Shown: piece by piece, positions 27,619 through 37,892 of the stretch
Layout: the number at the start of each line of letters is the position of its first letter
Position numbering within the stretch: position 1 is the stretch's first letter
Assembly (NCBI GenBank): GCA_037442025.1
Contig: JBBIRB010000010.1
Location: forward strand, 4,002-68,001
Source of the DNA: Bacteroidales bacterium
Lineage (GTDB): Bacteria > Bacteroidota > Bacteroidia > Bacteroidales > Tenuifilaceae
DNA: 64,000 nucleotides
Reading direction: 5' to 3'
Notes under the pieces: generated by a model
What the model was told of the DNA's origin: nothing
The model's database searches: none
The model's input: only the letters and a program-made list of their open reading frames with translations
Program-made: the position numbers and the translations under genes

Positions 27619-28725
27619 CTAGCAAAGTTTCAGGGCCATTTGAGCTATGCTTTGGGCTGCATTTGGTTTTGCTAAGTGCCTGATATTTTGAGACAATGAA
27701 TTCAATCGGTTAGGGTTATTTAGTAGTTCAATAGCGCTCTTAACCAGAATGCTTCTTGCCTGCGAATCGGCAATAAGTACGGCTGCTCCTTTTTCGCTTA
27801 GTGCCTGGGCATTTTTAGTTTGATGGTCTTCTGCCACATTAGGCGAAGGTACCAATATTGCGGGCTTGCCAACCAAGCAAAGTTCCGAAATGGTTCCGGC
27901 GCCTGCTCTCGAAATTACCATGCTGGCAACCGAAAAAGCCAAATCCATTCGGTTAATAAAGTCGAAAACCTTAACGTTGCCAACTTTGTATTTATTAACT
28001 TCTTCAATAACTTCGTTGTGGTAAAGTTTGCCGGTTTGCCAAAGCAAGGTGAGGTTATTCTCAATAGCAATGCTGGTTATGTTTTCTAAGATGCTCTGGT
28101 TTATGGTTCGTGCTCCCAAGCTGCCCCCAATAACCAAAATGACACTGTTTCCTTGGGGAATATTGAAAAACTCACGGGCCTCGGCTTCCAATGGGCCAAC
28201 GTTGTCGAGACCCTGCCGTACGGGATTGCCAGTAATAACAATTTTTTCCTTTTGGAAAAAGCGCTCCATACCCTCGTAAGCTACACATATGAGGTTTGCT
28301 TTTTTGGCAAGCAACTTATTGGTAATTCCGGCGTATGAGTTTTGTTCCTGAATAATTGTTGGAATACCTTGGCTTTGTGAGGCGCGGAGTATGGGCCCGC
28401 TAGCGTATCCGCCAACTCCTATTGCCAATTGGGGCTTGAATTCGCGAACAATTCGCTTGGCTTGGGCCATGCTTTTCATCAGTTTGAATGGGAAGGCCAG
28501 ATTTTTCAATGTTAATTTGCGCTGAAGACCAACTACAGGTAACCCAACAATTTTATAGCCAGCAGCCGGCACGCGTTCCATCTCCATTCGGCCTTCGGCA
28601 CCAACAAAAAGTATGTTGGCATCGGGCGAAATTTCCTTAATTGCGTTAGCAATGGATATGGCAGGGAAAATATGCCCCCCCGTTCCACCACCACTAATTA
28701 TTATTCTTGGGCTCTTCTTCTCCAT
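27619..28725 (-). CDS. murG: UDP-GlcNAc:lipid I N-acetylglucosaminyltransferase
   Basis: IIISGGGTGGHIFPAISIA and the C-terminal motif ISRAGAGTISELCLVGKPAILVP...DHQTKNA. Confidence 0.95.
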   Translation of the reverse strand: MEKKSPRIIISGGGTGGHIFPAISIANAIKEISPDANILFVGAEGRMEMERVPAAGYKIVGLPVVGLQRKLTLKNLAFPFKLMKSMAQAKRIVREFKPQLAIGVGGYASGPILRASQSQGIPTIIQEQNSYAGITNKLLAKKANLICVAYEGMERFFQKEKIVITGNPVRQGLDNVGPLEAEAREFFNIPQGNSVILVIGGSLGARTINQSILENITSIAIENNLTLLWQTGKLYHNEVIEEVNKYKVGNVKVFDFINRMDLAFSVASMVISRAGAGTISELCLVGKPAILVPSPNVAEDHQTKNAQALSEKGAAVLIADSQARSILVKSAIELLNNPNRLNSLSQNIRHLAKPNAAQSIAQMALKLC

Positions 28726-29863
28726 TGTAAATTTCTTCTTTGTTTTGGCTACGGCTAATACTTAGAAGTATTCCGAAAGCTGCGCTAGTAAATAGTACCG
28801 AGGTTCCGCCCATGCTTACAAGAGGCAGGGGCTGGCCTGTAACCGGAAAAAGGTTAACTGCCACTGCCATATTTATCATGGCCTGAAATACCAAAAGGAG
28901 GGTTAGTCCTATGGCCAGAAAGGCTGGGAATGTTCGTTGCGATTTTTTTACAATCATTCGTCCTCGGTATAGTAAAACCAAGTACGCAAAAAGCATGGCA
29001 AAAGCACCGAACAGTCCGTATTCCTCAATAATAATGGCATAAATAAAGTCGGAGTAAGGGTGTGGCAAAAAGTTGCGCTGGGTGCTATTGCCGGGGCCTT
29101 TCCCAAAAGGACCACCGGTAGCAACTGCAATTTTCGATTGAACAGCTTGGTAGTTCTCGCCGCCCTCGTCGCCACTCGCAAAGTTTTCAATCCTATTTTT
29201 CCATGTTTTTGCTCGTCCACCCGCATTGGTTTCGAGTAAAACGAAAATACCTACTCCAAGCAGAACCACCCCAATGCCAGTAAACCCCAATAGGTATTTA
29301 AGGTTAATGCGACCAATAAAAAGGAGAATCCAGCATGTGGCACCTAGCAGCGCGGCTGTTGAGAAGTTGGCAGGTAAAATGAGCAGGCAAATAATGGCAA
29401 TAGGAATTATTAAAGGCAGAAAGGTGGTTTTAAAATCCTTAATAGTATCCTGTTTCTGCGAAAGTAAGCGGGCCACATACATAATAAGGGCCAACTTGGC
29501 AAAGTCCGATGTTTGAATAGTTATTCCCAATCCTGGTATTGTAAGCCACCTTGCAGCCTCATTCAGGCTGGTTCCGAAAACCAGAGTAATTGCAAGCAAT
29601 GGAATGGAAAGAAGCATAAGTATTTGAGAAATGGGGGAATAGACTTTGTATGGGATTAAATGCGTAATGAAAATTATACCCAATCCGGCTAGCAGGAACC
29701 CCATTTGCTTTAAAAAATAGTATGCGGTATTGCCTCCCTGAAAACGGTAAGCCAGCGAACCCGTTGAACTGTACACTGCCAGCAGCGAAAATACCGATAG
29801 TCCCATAACGATTAACCAAATCGTTCGGTCGCCCTTCAGGTATTTTCCAAATAGTCCGTTCAT
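28694..29863 (-). CDS. ftsW: Peptidoglycan glycosyltransferase FtsW (SEDS family)
   Basis: 389-aa multi-TM protein with SEDS motifs (TDFIYAIIIEEYGLFG, GQPLPLVSMGGTS). The gene sits in the dcw cluster. Confidence 0.9.
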   Translation of the reverse strand: MNGLFGKYLKGDRTIWLIVMGLSVFSLLAVYSSTGSLAYRFQGGNTAYYFLKQMGFLLAGLGIIFITHLIPYKVYSPISQILMLLSIPLLAITLVFGTSLNEAARWLTIPGLGITIQTSDFAKLALIMYVARLLSQKQDTIKDFKTTFLPLIIPIAIICLLILPANFSTAALLGATCWILLFIGRINLKYLLGFTGIGVVLLGVGIFVLLETNAGGRAKTWKNRIENFASGDEGGENYQAVQSKIAVATGGPFGKGPGNSTQRNFLPHPYSDFIYAIIIEEYGLFGAFAMLFAYLVLLYRGRMIVKKSQRTFPAFLAIGLTLLLVFQAMINMAVAVNLFPVTGQPLPLVSMGGTSVLFTSAAFGILLSISRSQNKEEIYNGEEEPKNNN

Positions 29864-29875
29864 TTTTTGGTAGCT

Positions 29876-31228
29876 TTATAGTTCGCGAACCGCTTGTTTG
29901 AATTGTCGTCCACGGTCCTCATAATTTTCAAACAGATCGAAGCTGGCACAGGCAGGCGAAAGCAGAACGGTATCGCCGGGTTGCGAGAGTTTATAGGCAT
30001 GCTGAACGGCCTCAAGGGCCGAACGGGCATCGACCATTATTGGAACAATTTCTCCAAACTCCTTATGGAGTTTTTTGTTATCGACACCAAGACAAACTAT
30101 TGCCTTTACCTTTTCCTTGGCAAGCTCAATAAGGTCGGTGTAGTCGTTGCCCTTATCGGTTCCACCTGCAATCCATACTACCGGGGTAGTCATGCTTTCG
30201 AGAGCATACCAGGCCGAGTTAACATTGGTGGCTTTCGAGTCGTTAATGTAAAGAACACCCCTTACCGATAGTACTTTCTCGAGCCGGTGCTCAACCCCTT
30301 GGAAGTCGGCCAAACTTTCGCGAATCACATCCTTTCGGATGTTTAGGGCGTGCCCTGCAATACCAGCAGCCATTGAGTTGTAAACATTGTGCTTGCCTTT
30401 AAGCGAAAGGTCTTCGATTGACATGTTGAAATCGCTATTGTTATATGTAATGAACATTTTATTCCCTTCGAGGTAGGCAGCCTGCCTCTCTTTTACTTTA
30501 TGCGAAAATGGGAGCTGCTTTGCGCGAAGTACAATTTGGTTCAGGTGGTCCATAGTTACCTCGTCGTCGGAGCAGAAAATGAAGCAATCGTCCTCCTCGA
30601 GGTTTCTGGTTATTCGAAACTTCGACTCAACATAGTTCTGCATTTTAAAGTCGTAACGATCGAGGTGATCGGGGGTAATATTCAGCAGAATGGCAATGTC
30701 GGCTTTGAAGGTGTACATGCCGTCGAGCTGAAAGCTGCTGATTTCGAGCACATAATAATCGTAATTGCCCTCGGCAACTGCCTGTGCGAAGCTGATCCCG
30801 ATGTTTCCGGCTAGGCAAACGTTCAGCCCAGCTTTCTTCATCATATGGTATATAAGCGAAGTGGTAGTAGTTTTTCCGTTGGTTCCCGTTATGCACACTT
30901 TAGTAGCAGTGGTGTACCTGCCAGCAAACTCAATTTCCGAAATAACAGGAATACCATTTTTGCGAATCTCCTCAATTAGTGGAATTCGGTCGGGGATACC
31001 CGGCGACTTTATCACCTCGCCCGCATTCAGAATGAGTTCGGGAGTATGCTTGCTTTCCTCCCAGGCAATGCCGTATTTTGTAAGGGTTTGCTTGTATTTT
31101 GGTTTAAGCGTTCCGCTATCGGATAAAAAAACATCGAAGCCCTGCTTTTGGGCCAGAATGGCCGATCCTACGCCGCTTTCGCCACCCCCCAGAACCACAA
31201 TTCGGTTTGCATTTCGAGCAGTTGCCAT
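29876..31228 (-). CDS. murD: UDP-N-acetylmuramoylalanine--D-glutamate ligase
   Basis: RIVVLGGGESGVGSAIL and [15 protein letters not shown] prefer the ATG at 31228 (MATARNANR...), 2 nt after the mraY stop. The track's 75-aa N-terminal extension overlaps mraY. Confidence 0.93.
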   Translation of the reverse strand: MATARNANRIVVLGGGESGVGSAILAQKQGFDVFLSDSGTLKPKYKQTLTKYGIAWEESKHTPELILNAGEVIKSPGIPDRIPLIEEIRKNGIPVISEIEFAGRYTTATKVCITGTNGKTTTTSLIYHMMKKAGLNVCLAGNIGISFAQAVAEGNYDYYVLEISSFQLDGMYTFKADIAILLNITPDHLDRYDFKMQNYVESKFRITRNLEEDDCFIFCSDDEVTMDHLNQIVLRAKQLPFSHKVKERQAAYLEGNKMFITYNNSDFNMSIEDLSLKGKHNVYNSMAAGIAGHALNIRKDVIRESLADFQGVEHRLEKVLSVRGVLYINDSKATNVNSAWYALESMTTPVVWIAGGTDKGNDYTDLIELAKEKVKAIVCLGVDNKKLHKEFGEIVPIMVDARSALEAVQHAYKLSQPGDTVLLSPACASFDLFENYEDRGRQFKQAVREL

Positions 31229-31230
31229 AA

Positions 31231-32481
31231 CTAACGGATTTTTAGGGTTACTACGGTTATTACTGCAAGCATTATAGCTACAATCCAGAATCGGGTAACG
31301 ATTTTGGGTTCTGGGTAGCCCTTTATTTGGTAATGATGATGCAATGGCGACATTTTGAAGATTCTGCGACCCTCGCCGTACCTGCGTTTGGTGTACTTGA
31401 AGTACGAAACCTGTATAACAACCGACAGGCTTTCGACAAAGAAAATTCCGCAAAGAATGGGTATGAGAAGTTCCTTACGGATTAGGATGGCGTAAACAGC
31501 AATAATTCCACCAATAGCTAAGCTGCCTGTGTCACCCATGAAAACCTGAGCGGGGTAACTGTTATACCACAAAAAGCCAATGGCAGCACCAATAAAGGCG
31601 CTCATGAAAATTACCATTTCCCCAGTATTGGGAATGTACATTATATTAAGGTACTCCGAGTAGATTACGTTACCCGAAAGGTAGGCGAAAATCCCAAGCG
31701 TTGTGCCTATTACAACGCTTACTCCGGTAGCCAAGCCGTCGAGCCCATCGGTTAGGTTGGCCCCGTTCGATACAGCTGTTACTATTAGTATAACAGCTGC
31801 AATAAAAACAATCCATGTTAACCTTTCCTTCCAGGGCCCCTTAAAGGGAACAAGGAAAGAGTACTCAAACTCGTTGTCCTTAAAAAAGGGTATGGTGGTT
31901 TTGGTTGTTTTTTGGTTAGGGCTTAGAATTACTTGCTTTCCGCCCGTTTGGTCGTTTCCTCCAACAATTTCGGTTCCTTCGGTGGCTACATGCTTTAAAA
32001 CTCGCTCGCGTACAACAATATCGGGGCTGAGGTAAATGGTTATGCCAACAAATAGTCCCAGAGTAATTTGCCCCAGTATTTTCAATCGGCCCGAGAGCCC
32101 CTTCTTGTTTTTCAGGAAAACCTTTATGTAATCGTCGGCAAAACCCACCAAGCCCAACCAAACGGTTGTAACCAGAAGAATGATAACGTAAATATTTTTA
32201 AGGTTGGCAAAGAGCAGAACCGGAATGAGGATAGATGCCAGAATTATAATTCCGCCCATGGTGGGAGTTCCCTTCTTCTGCATTTGACCCTCGAGCCCCA
32301 GGTTCCGAATCTCTTCTCCAATCTGCTTCTTTTGGAGGTAAACAATAATGCGTTTACCAATAAGCAGGGCAAATGCAAGCGCGGTAATGACCGCCATTGC
32401 CGAACGGAACGAAATGTACTGGTAGAGCCCGGCTCCCGGCACATCGTATTGATCGAGATATTTAAGCAGATAGTATATCAT
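31231..32481 (-). CDS. mraY: Phospho-N-acetylmuramoyl-pentapeptide transferase
   Basis: 416-aa multi-TM protein with [19 protein letters not shown] and [11 protein letters not shown]. An extra insertion follows TM5. Confidence 0.95.
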   Translation of the reverse strand: MIYYLLKYLDQYDVPGAGLYQYISFRSAMAVITALAFALLIGKRIIVYLQKKQIGEEIRNLGLEGQMQKKGTPTMGGIIILASILIPVLLFANLKNIYVIILLVTTVWLGLVGFADDYIKVFLKNKKGLSGRLKILGQITLGLFVGITIYLSPDIVVRERVLKHVATEGTEIVGGNDQTGGKQVILSPNQKTTKTTIPFFKDNEFEYSFLVPFKGPWKERLTWIVFIAAVILIVTAVSNGANLTDGLDGLATGVSVVIGTTLGIFAYLSGNVIYSEYLNIMYIPNTGEMVIFMSAFIGAAIGFLWYNSYPAQVFMGDTGSLAIGGIIAVYAILIRKELLIPILCGIFFVESLSVVIQVSYFKYTKRRYGEGRRIFKMSPLHHHYQIKGYPEPKIVTRFWIVAIMLAVITVVTLKIR

Positions 32482-33941
32482 GGTTTTAGGGTTTTGAATA
32501 TTTCTGCAACTTCTTCCTTATCGTCGAAATGGTGCTTAACGCCCTTTATTTCCTGGTAGGTTTCGTGGCCCTTGCCAGCAATAAGTACAATATCGCCGGG
32601 GGCTGCCAGTAGGCAGGCGGTGCGAATGGCCTCGCGCCTGTCGGTTATAGAAAGCACCTTGCCCACCATGCCGGGTTCAATGCCCTGTTTCATATCGGCA
32701 ATTATGGCATCCGGCTCCTCGGAGCGCGGATTGTCTGAGGTGAGTATAACCAAACTGCTTCCTGAGGCAGCGACCTTGGCCATAGCAGGGCGTTTGGTTT
32801 TGTCGCGGTCGCCCCCAGCGCCCAGAACGGTAATGAGTTTTTCGTTTTCCTTCAGCAGTTCGTTTATGGTGCCAATAACATTCTCAACGGCATCGGGTGT
32901 ATGAGCATAGTCAACAATAGCAATTACACCGTTGGGTGCTCGTAGGTGTTCGAAACGACCTATTACTGGCTCCATAGCACTCAGGTTGGTAAGCACCTCT
33001 TGTTTGTCGAAATTCATCAATAGCGCAGCAGCATAAACTGCTGTAAGGTTGTAGGCATTAAATTGACCAATGAGGCGGCACCACATTTCGGTGCCATCAA
33101 TATTCAGCTGCATACCGTAGAGTTGATGGTCGACAATGCGGCACTTGAAATTGGCCATGGAACGAAGCGAGTAGGTGTGAACTTTCGCCTTGGTATTCTG
33201 CACCATTACCCGCCCATTGCGGTCGTCGATATTGGTAAGGGCAAAGGCGCTTGAGGGAAGCAGGTCGAAAAACCGCTTTTTGGCCTTCAGGTACTCATCG
33301 AAGGTTTTGTGGTAGTCGAGATGGTCGTGGGTTATGTTGGAGAAAATTCCACCAAAAAAATGCAGACCGGCAATGCGGTTCTGTGCTATGGCATGCGAAC
33401 TAACCTCCATAAAACAATGGGAGCATCCGCCGCTCACCATTTCGGCCAGCAGCTTATTCAAACTAATTGGGTCGGGTGTGGTATGGGTGCTGGGTACTTC
33501 GGTTTTGTGGATGTAGTTGGTAACAGTTGAGAGCAACCCAGATTTAAAGCCCAACGATTGGGCCAAACGGTACAGCAAAGTTGCCGTAGTGGTTTTACCA
33601 TTAGTTCCGGTAATACCCACAAGCGTCAAACTCTTCGATGGGTTTCCGTAAAACTCAGAGGCCATAACACCTGCTAGATACGAGCAATCGGCCACCCTTA
33701 CGTACGTAACATTGGGATCGGATTGCATTGGAAGTGTTTCGCAAACAATGGCCGAGGCACCCTTCTCAATGGCGCTGGCAATATAGTTGTGCCCGTCGGA
33801 TTGGGTTCCCTTTATAGCTATGAAAGCCGAGTGGGGGGCAACTGCTCTCGAGTCGATGCAAAGTTGGTCAATGCTAACGCACAGGTTACCCTTAACCTCC
33901 AGAACCTCGCTTTGAGGTATTATGCTTTCAAGTTTCACCAT
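32478..33941 (-). CDS. murE: UDP-MurNAc-L-Ala-D-Glu--2,6-diaminopimelate ligase
   Basis: [14 protein letters not shown] and DNPRSEEP are MurE motifs. There is a 4-nt overlap with mraY. Confidence 0.95.
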   Translation of the reverse strand: MVKLESIIPQSEVLEVKGNLCVSIDQLCIDSRAVAPHSAFIAIKGTQSDGHNYIASAIEKGASAIVCETLPMQSDPNVTYVRVADCSYLAGVMASEFYGNPSKSLTLVGITGTNGKTTTATLLYRLAQSLGFKSGLLSTVTNYIHKTEVPSTHTTPDPISLNKLLAEMVSGGCSHCFMEVSSHAIAQNRIAGLHFFGGIFSNITHDHLDYHKTFDEYLKAKKRFFDLLPSSAFALTNIDDRNGRVMVQNTKAKVHTYSLRSMANFKCRIVDHQLYGMQLNIDGTEMWCRLIGQFNAYNLTAVYAAALLMNFDKQEVLTNLSAMEPVIGRFEHLRAPNGVIAIVDYAHTPDAVENVIGTINELLKENEKLITVLGAGGDRDKTKRPAMAKVAASGSSLVILTSDNPRSEEPDAIIADMKQGIEPGMVGKVLSITDRREAIRTACLLAAPGDIVLIAGKGHETYQEIKGVKHHFDDKEEVAEIFKTLKP

Positions 33942-33942
33942 T

Positions 33943-36057
33943 CTAGTTGCTCATTTCAATATGAATTCTTTCGCCCTTTTCAACCCTGCTGCCGGGCGTA
34001 ATGCTTTGGCTGCGAACAAAACCCCTGCCTGTTACCCTAACCCGAAGTCCCGAGTTTTCTAAAAGGAAAAGGGCGTCCTTGAGGCTCATCCCAGTAACAT
34101 CGGGAACCAAATTGGGAATAATCGATTTTTTGCGCATTTCAACCTTCTCGTCGGTGCGAACTGTAGCCACCCAAGGGAAATCCTTACTTTTGTCGGCGAG
34201 GGGTACACCCAATTCGCGGAGCGCATACCCAAGTTCGGGCTTAAAACCACTTTTCGATTCGGGCAGTTCGGGCATTTCGCCCCTTTCAATTTCTGGAAAC
34301 CACTCCTTGCTAGTAGCGTAAACCTTGTCGGAAATTTCCTTGAAAATGGGACCTGCAACCAGATTGCCGTAGTAAACGCTGTTCGATGGCGAGTTAACTA
34401 CCACAATGCACGAGTACTTGGGGTCTTCGGCAGGGAAGTAGCCTGCAAACGAAGCCTGATAACTTATCCCTCTTTCGCCCCTGTAGCCTCGTGTGCCCCT
34501 TGCTATTTGGGCCGTTCCGGTTTTGCCCGCAATTTTATAGTTGGGGTTTTTCAGGTTCTTTGCAGTTCCGTTCTCCACAACCCCCTCGAGTATTTCGCGA
34601 ACCTTGCGTAGGGTGCTGCGTGAGCAAATGGAGTGCGAAATTACTTGGGTTGGGAACTCCCTGTCCACGGCTCCGTGGGTACGTATGGCCTTTACAAATC
34701 GGGGTTTCACCATGCGCCCATTGTTGGCAATGGCATTGTATAGTGTGAGAATTTGAATGGGTGCCAACTTTATTTCGTAGCCAATGCTCATCATGGGCAT
34801 GGAAATACCCGACCAGAGTTTATCGCCCGGGTACTTAATGTATGGGGCCGATTCACCTTTTATTTCGAGGTTCAGCGGTTTGTTCAGGTTCAGGTCGTAT
34901 ATGCGATCGATGAACTGCCTCTCTTTCCCTTTGTAATATTTTGTTACCAGTTCAGTTACGCCAACATTCGACGAGTACTCAAATACCTCCTTCACGCTAA
35001 TTCGGCCGTAGCCACCCTCCTTGGTATCTGTAACTGTTTTGTCGTAGTATTTCACCTTGCCGTTACGGGTATTCACTGTATCGGTTAGCGAAATGTGCCC
35101 ATCCTCGAGCAGTGCTATAAGTGCTGCTATTTTAAATGTCGAGCCCGGTTCGTTGGCTTCGCCAATGGCGTAGTTGAACATTTCGGTGTAGCTTCCGTCG
35201 CCATTCTTTTTCAGGTTGGCAATGGCTTTTATGTCGCCCGTTTTTACCTCCATCAGAATTACTGTGCCGTGTTCGGCATCGTGGCGGTTCAACTGTCTGC
35301 GTAGAGCCCCTTCGGCAACATCCTGCAGGGAAACATCGAGCGTGGTAATAATATCGTGGCCATCTTCGGGAGCCACCTGCATGGAACTACCCACTTCAAC
35401 CCACATGTTGCCCGGCACCCTTTGCTTAATGCTAACGCCAGCCTTGCCCCGCAAAATATGGTCGTATGCGCCCTCAATGCCCACGGCAACTCCATCCTCG
35501 TTAATATTACCAATGGTACGAGCGGCAAGGCTGGCGTGAGGTTTAATTCGACGGTTCACCTGAACCGGAATGAATCCACCCTTGTTTTCACCCAGCCTGA
35601 AAAGCGGGAATTTTTTAACTTCCTGCAGTTCAATATAGTTTATTTGGCGGCTGCCAATGGGGTAGTATCTTTTGTTGCGGGCGTGCTTACGGGCATTTAC
35701 CAGCTCCGATTTGTACGAGTAGTGCGATTTATCCCTGAAAAACTGCGAAAGGCATAGGGCCAGCGAATCGACTTTGTTGTTAAACAGGGCATCGCTAAGG
35801 CCAGCGGCTTTCAGGTCCATTCGAATTTCGAAATAAGGAACCGAAGTGGCCAGAATGCGCCCGTCGGTGGAACAAATGTCGCCGCGGTTGGGTTCAATGG
35901 TAATGTCGCGGTATGTAACCGAGCGGGCCATGCTGCGTAGCTTTGCTCCCTCAATAAATTGAAGGTAAATGATTTGGCCAAAAATAGCAATGGCCAGTAG
36001 AAGGAAGAAAGCGTAAACCAACCCAACTCGAAACAGTATTTCCTTTTTTACCGACAT
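33943..36057 (-). CDS. ftsI: Penicillin-binding protein 3-type transpeptidase (FtsI), with C-terminal PASTA-like domain
   Basis: The three transpeptidase motifs are STFK (PGSTFKIAAL), SSN (YSSNVG) and KTG (GKTGTAQ). I prefer the ATG at 36057 (MSVKKEILF...). The track extension to 36099 overlaps the ftsL 3' part in another frame. Confidence 0.92.
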   Translation of the reverse strand: MSVKKEILFRVGLVYAFFLLLAIAIFGQIIYLQFIEGAKLRSMARSVTYRDITIEPNRGDICSTDGRILATSVPYFEIRMDLKAAGLSDALFNNKVDSLALCLSQFFRDKSHYSYKSELVNARKHARNKRYYPIGSRQINYIELQEVKKFPLFRLGENKGGFIPVQVNRRIKPHASLAARTIGNINEDGVAVGIEGAYDHILRGKAGVSIKQRVPGNMWVEVGSSMQVAPEDGHDIITTLDVSLQDVAEGALRRQLNRHDAEHGTVILMEVKTGDIKAIANLKKNGDGSYTEMFNYAIGEANEPGSTFKIAALIALLEDGHISLTDTVNTRNGKVKYYDKTVTDTKEGGYGRISVKEVFEYSSNVGVTELVTKYYKGKERQFIDRIYDLNLNKPLNLEIKGESAPYIKYPGDKLWSGISMPMMSIGYEIKLAPIQILTLYNAIANNGRMVKPRFVKAIRTHGAVDREFPTQVISHSICSRSTLRKVREILEGVVENGTAKNLKNPNYKIAGKTGTAQIARGTRGYRGERGISYQASFAGYFPAEDPKYSCIVVVNSPSNSVYYGNLVAGPIFKEISDKVYATSKEWFPEIERGEMPELPESKSGFKPELGYALRELGVPLADKSKDFPWVATVRTDEKVEMRKKSIIPNLVPDVTGMSLKDALFLLENSGLRVRVTGRGFVRSQSITPGSRVEKGERIHIEMSN

Positions 36058-36064
36058 GTTTGCA

Positions 36065-36453
36065 CTACAGCCTTGCTTTAATTTTTTTGGGTGGCACAAC
36101 CGATTCCTTCAGGCCCAGGCCTTTTTCTTCAACCATGCATGCCACCTGAGTTTGCTTGCTAATATTCATGAGTTCAGCGGCCGTTGTTATCGATTCGGCC
36201 CTTAGATTCTTCACTTCAATCTAATTTCTTGGCTTTGCCTAACCAACTTCTCGTATCGGTAGCGGTTGGCAATGTATATAATGGCCAGCAGTGCCAGAAA
36301 AAAGAAGTAGGGCACCTGCGAGGTAACGCTGTCGCGGCTCAGAATATTTCCGCTGAGTAGTTCGCCCAGGCTGCTCCCCTTTTTTTTGTCGGGTTTTGCT
36401 GCCTTGCCGTCTTTCTCGTCAATGAATTCGACCCGTTGGTTTTCAGTGCTCAT
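36065..36453 (-). pseudogene. ftsL: ftsL-like cell division gene interrupted by an apparent 1-nt frameshift
   Basis: The N-terminal part (36211..36453, 80 aa, TM YFFFLALLAIIYIA) stops at TGA 36211-36213. An adjacent frame (36065..36220) continues as IEVKNLRAESITTAAELMNISKQTQVACMVEEKGLGLKESVVPPKKIKARL. This is the expected FtsL coiled-coil/C-terminal half, and it ends 7 nt before the ftsI ATG. Confidence 0.7.
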
Positions 36454-37349
36454 AGTTTTTCGGCAATTCGTAATTTAGCGCTCCGTGCGCGCGTGTTTGC
36501 TTGATTCTCCTCGTCGGAGGGAACAATTACCTTGCGCGATATCAGCTTAAAGGGCGAGGAGGTATTCCCGTAGAAATCGGTCTCCACCTTTCCTTCAAAG
36601 TTTCCAGTTTTCATAAAGTTTTTCACCAGCCTGTCCTCCAGCGAATGATAGGCAATAACCACTAGCCTTCCTTGGGGTGCCAGCAGGGTTTGTGCTTGGC
36701 TCAGCATTTGCTCAAGGGCCCGCATTTCGCCATTCACCTCAATGCGAAGCGCCTGAAATGCTTGCGCCATCATTTTGTTCTGAACCTTTTGCGGGAAGAA
36801 CTTCTGAAGCAAACCGAACAGTTCCTCCACCGTTTCAATGGGTTTAATTTGGCGAGCCTTCACCATTTCGTGGGCCAGCTTGCCGGCATTGGAAAGCTCG
36901 CCGTAGAGCCTTAGCAGTTCGGCCAGCTTTTCGGTGGGGTAGGTGTTTACCACGGTGGCGGCGCTAACGGGGCTGGCCTGGTTCATGCGCATATCTAGCG
37001 GACCCTTATGCCTAAACGAAAAGCCCCTGTTGGGGCTATCGAAGTGGTGCGAAGAAACGCCCAAATCGGCCAGAATGCCATCGACCCTTTGAACCCCTTG
37101 GTATCGAAGGAAGTTGCCAACGAAACGGAAATTTCCCCGCACAAAGATGAACCGCTTGTCGGCAGGTGCGTTAGCGGCAGCATCCTCGTCCTGGTCGAAC
37201 CCAAAAAGGCGGCCCTTGGCCGAGAGTTTTTCGAGAATGGCCCGTGAGTGGCCACCCCCACCGAAGGTAAGGTCGACATAGGTTCCGTTGGGCTTAATGT
37301 TAAGCCCCTCGATGCTCTCGTTTAGCAGCACGGGTACGTGGTACGCCAT
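36450..37349 (-). CDS. rsmH: 16S rRNA (cytosine1402-N4)-methyltransferase
   Basis: MAYHVPVLLNESIEGL...YVDLTFGGGGHS...DLGVSSHHFD...SLEDR are RsmH/MraW signatures. Confidence 0.95.
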   Translation of the reverse strand: MAYHVPVLLNESIEGLNIKPNGTYVDLTFGGGGHSRAILEKLSAKGRLFGFDQDEDAAANAPADKRFIFVRGNFRFVGNFLRYQGVQRVDGILADLGVSSHHFDSPNRGFSFRHKGPLDMRMNQASPVSAATVVNTYPTEKLAELLRLYGELSNAGKLAHEMVKARQIKPIETVEELFGLLQKFFPQKVQNKMMAQAFQALRIEVNGEMRALEQMLSQAQTLLAPQGRLVVIAYHSLEDRLVKNFMKTGNFEGKVETDFYGNTSSPFKLISRKVIVPSDEENQANTRARSAKLRIAEKL

Positions 37350-37352
37350 ATC

Positions 37353-37817
37353 CTACTCCTCCCTAAGTTGCGACGAACCAAGAATTTTCTCGGCCAGCGA
37401 TGCGAACCGATTCTCGTCGAGGCCGTTGCTGTCGTATAGTTCTTTACTCCAAATTTCAATTTTGTTATCCTGGGCGCTCAGCACCGCATCCTTGGTAATG
37501 CGTACCATATCGAGCAGCCGTTTGGGTATGAGCAGCCTACCGTTGGAGTCGAGGCTAATTTCGGCGGTGCCTCGGTAGAATTCCCTGAGGAATTGTGCCT
37601 GCTCCTTGCTGTATGGGTTTGTGTTACGCCTAATAAGGGCGTTTTGGCGCTCCCACTCCTCCATGGGGAAAAGCACCAAACAGCTTTCGTAAATGTCCTT
37701 TTTCACCACAAAGCGATCGGGGGAGGCAGATCGGCTCTGCTTCCGAAGGGCTGCGGGAAAGAGCAAGCGCCCCTTCTCGTCCACCCTGCATTCGTAATCG
37801 CCAATAAATGAGGTCAT
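37353..37817 (-). CDS. mraZ: Transcriptional regulator MraZ
   Basis: The 154-aa ORF has two SpoVT/AbrB-like repeats carrying the DxxxR motifs (VDEKGRLLFP and LDSNGRLLIP). It is the first gene of the dcw cluster. Confidence 0.95.
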   Translation of the reverse strand: MTSFIGDYECRVDEKGRLLFPAALRKQSRSASPDRFVVKKDIYESCLVLFPMEEWERQNALIRRNTNPYSKEQAQFLREFYRGTAEISLDSNGRLLIPKRLLDMVRITKDAVLSAQDNKIEIWSKELYDSNGLDENRFASLAEKILGSSQLREE

Positions 37818-37857
37818 TCGTTTTCAGCTATTCAAAAGGTAAAATTAAATATTTTTT

Positions 37858-37892
37858 CCCACTTCGTTCCATATTTTTCCATATTTTCCCAC
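37858..37892 (-). promoter_or_regulatory. Candidate MraZ operator: four pentamers phased at exactly 10 bp
   Basis: The minus strand reads GTGGGaaaatATGGAaaaatATGGAacgaaGTGGG. The plus-strand pentamers start at 37858, 37868, 37878 and 37888. The array lies 41-75 nt upstream of the mraZ ATG. Confidence 0.55.

Noticed and set aside
31229-31453. 75-aa N-terminal extension of murD in the ORF track
   Set aside because: The extension overlaps the 3' end of mraY and has no MurD-like sequence. The canonical N-terminus (MATARNANRIVVLGGGESG) begins at the ATG at 31228, 2 nt after the mraY stop.
36058-36099. 14-aa N-terminal extension of ftsI (MCHPKKLKQGCSAN)
   Set aside because: It overlaps, in another frame, the conserved C-terminal half of ftsL. 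The ATG at 36057 gives the usual short cytoplasmic tail and TM helix.
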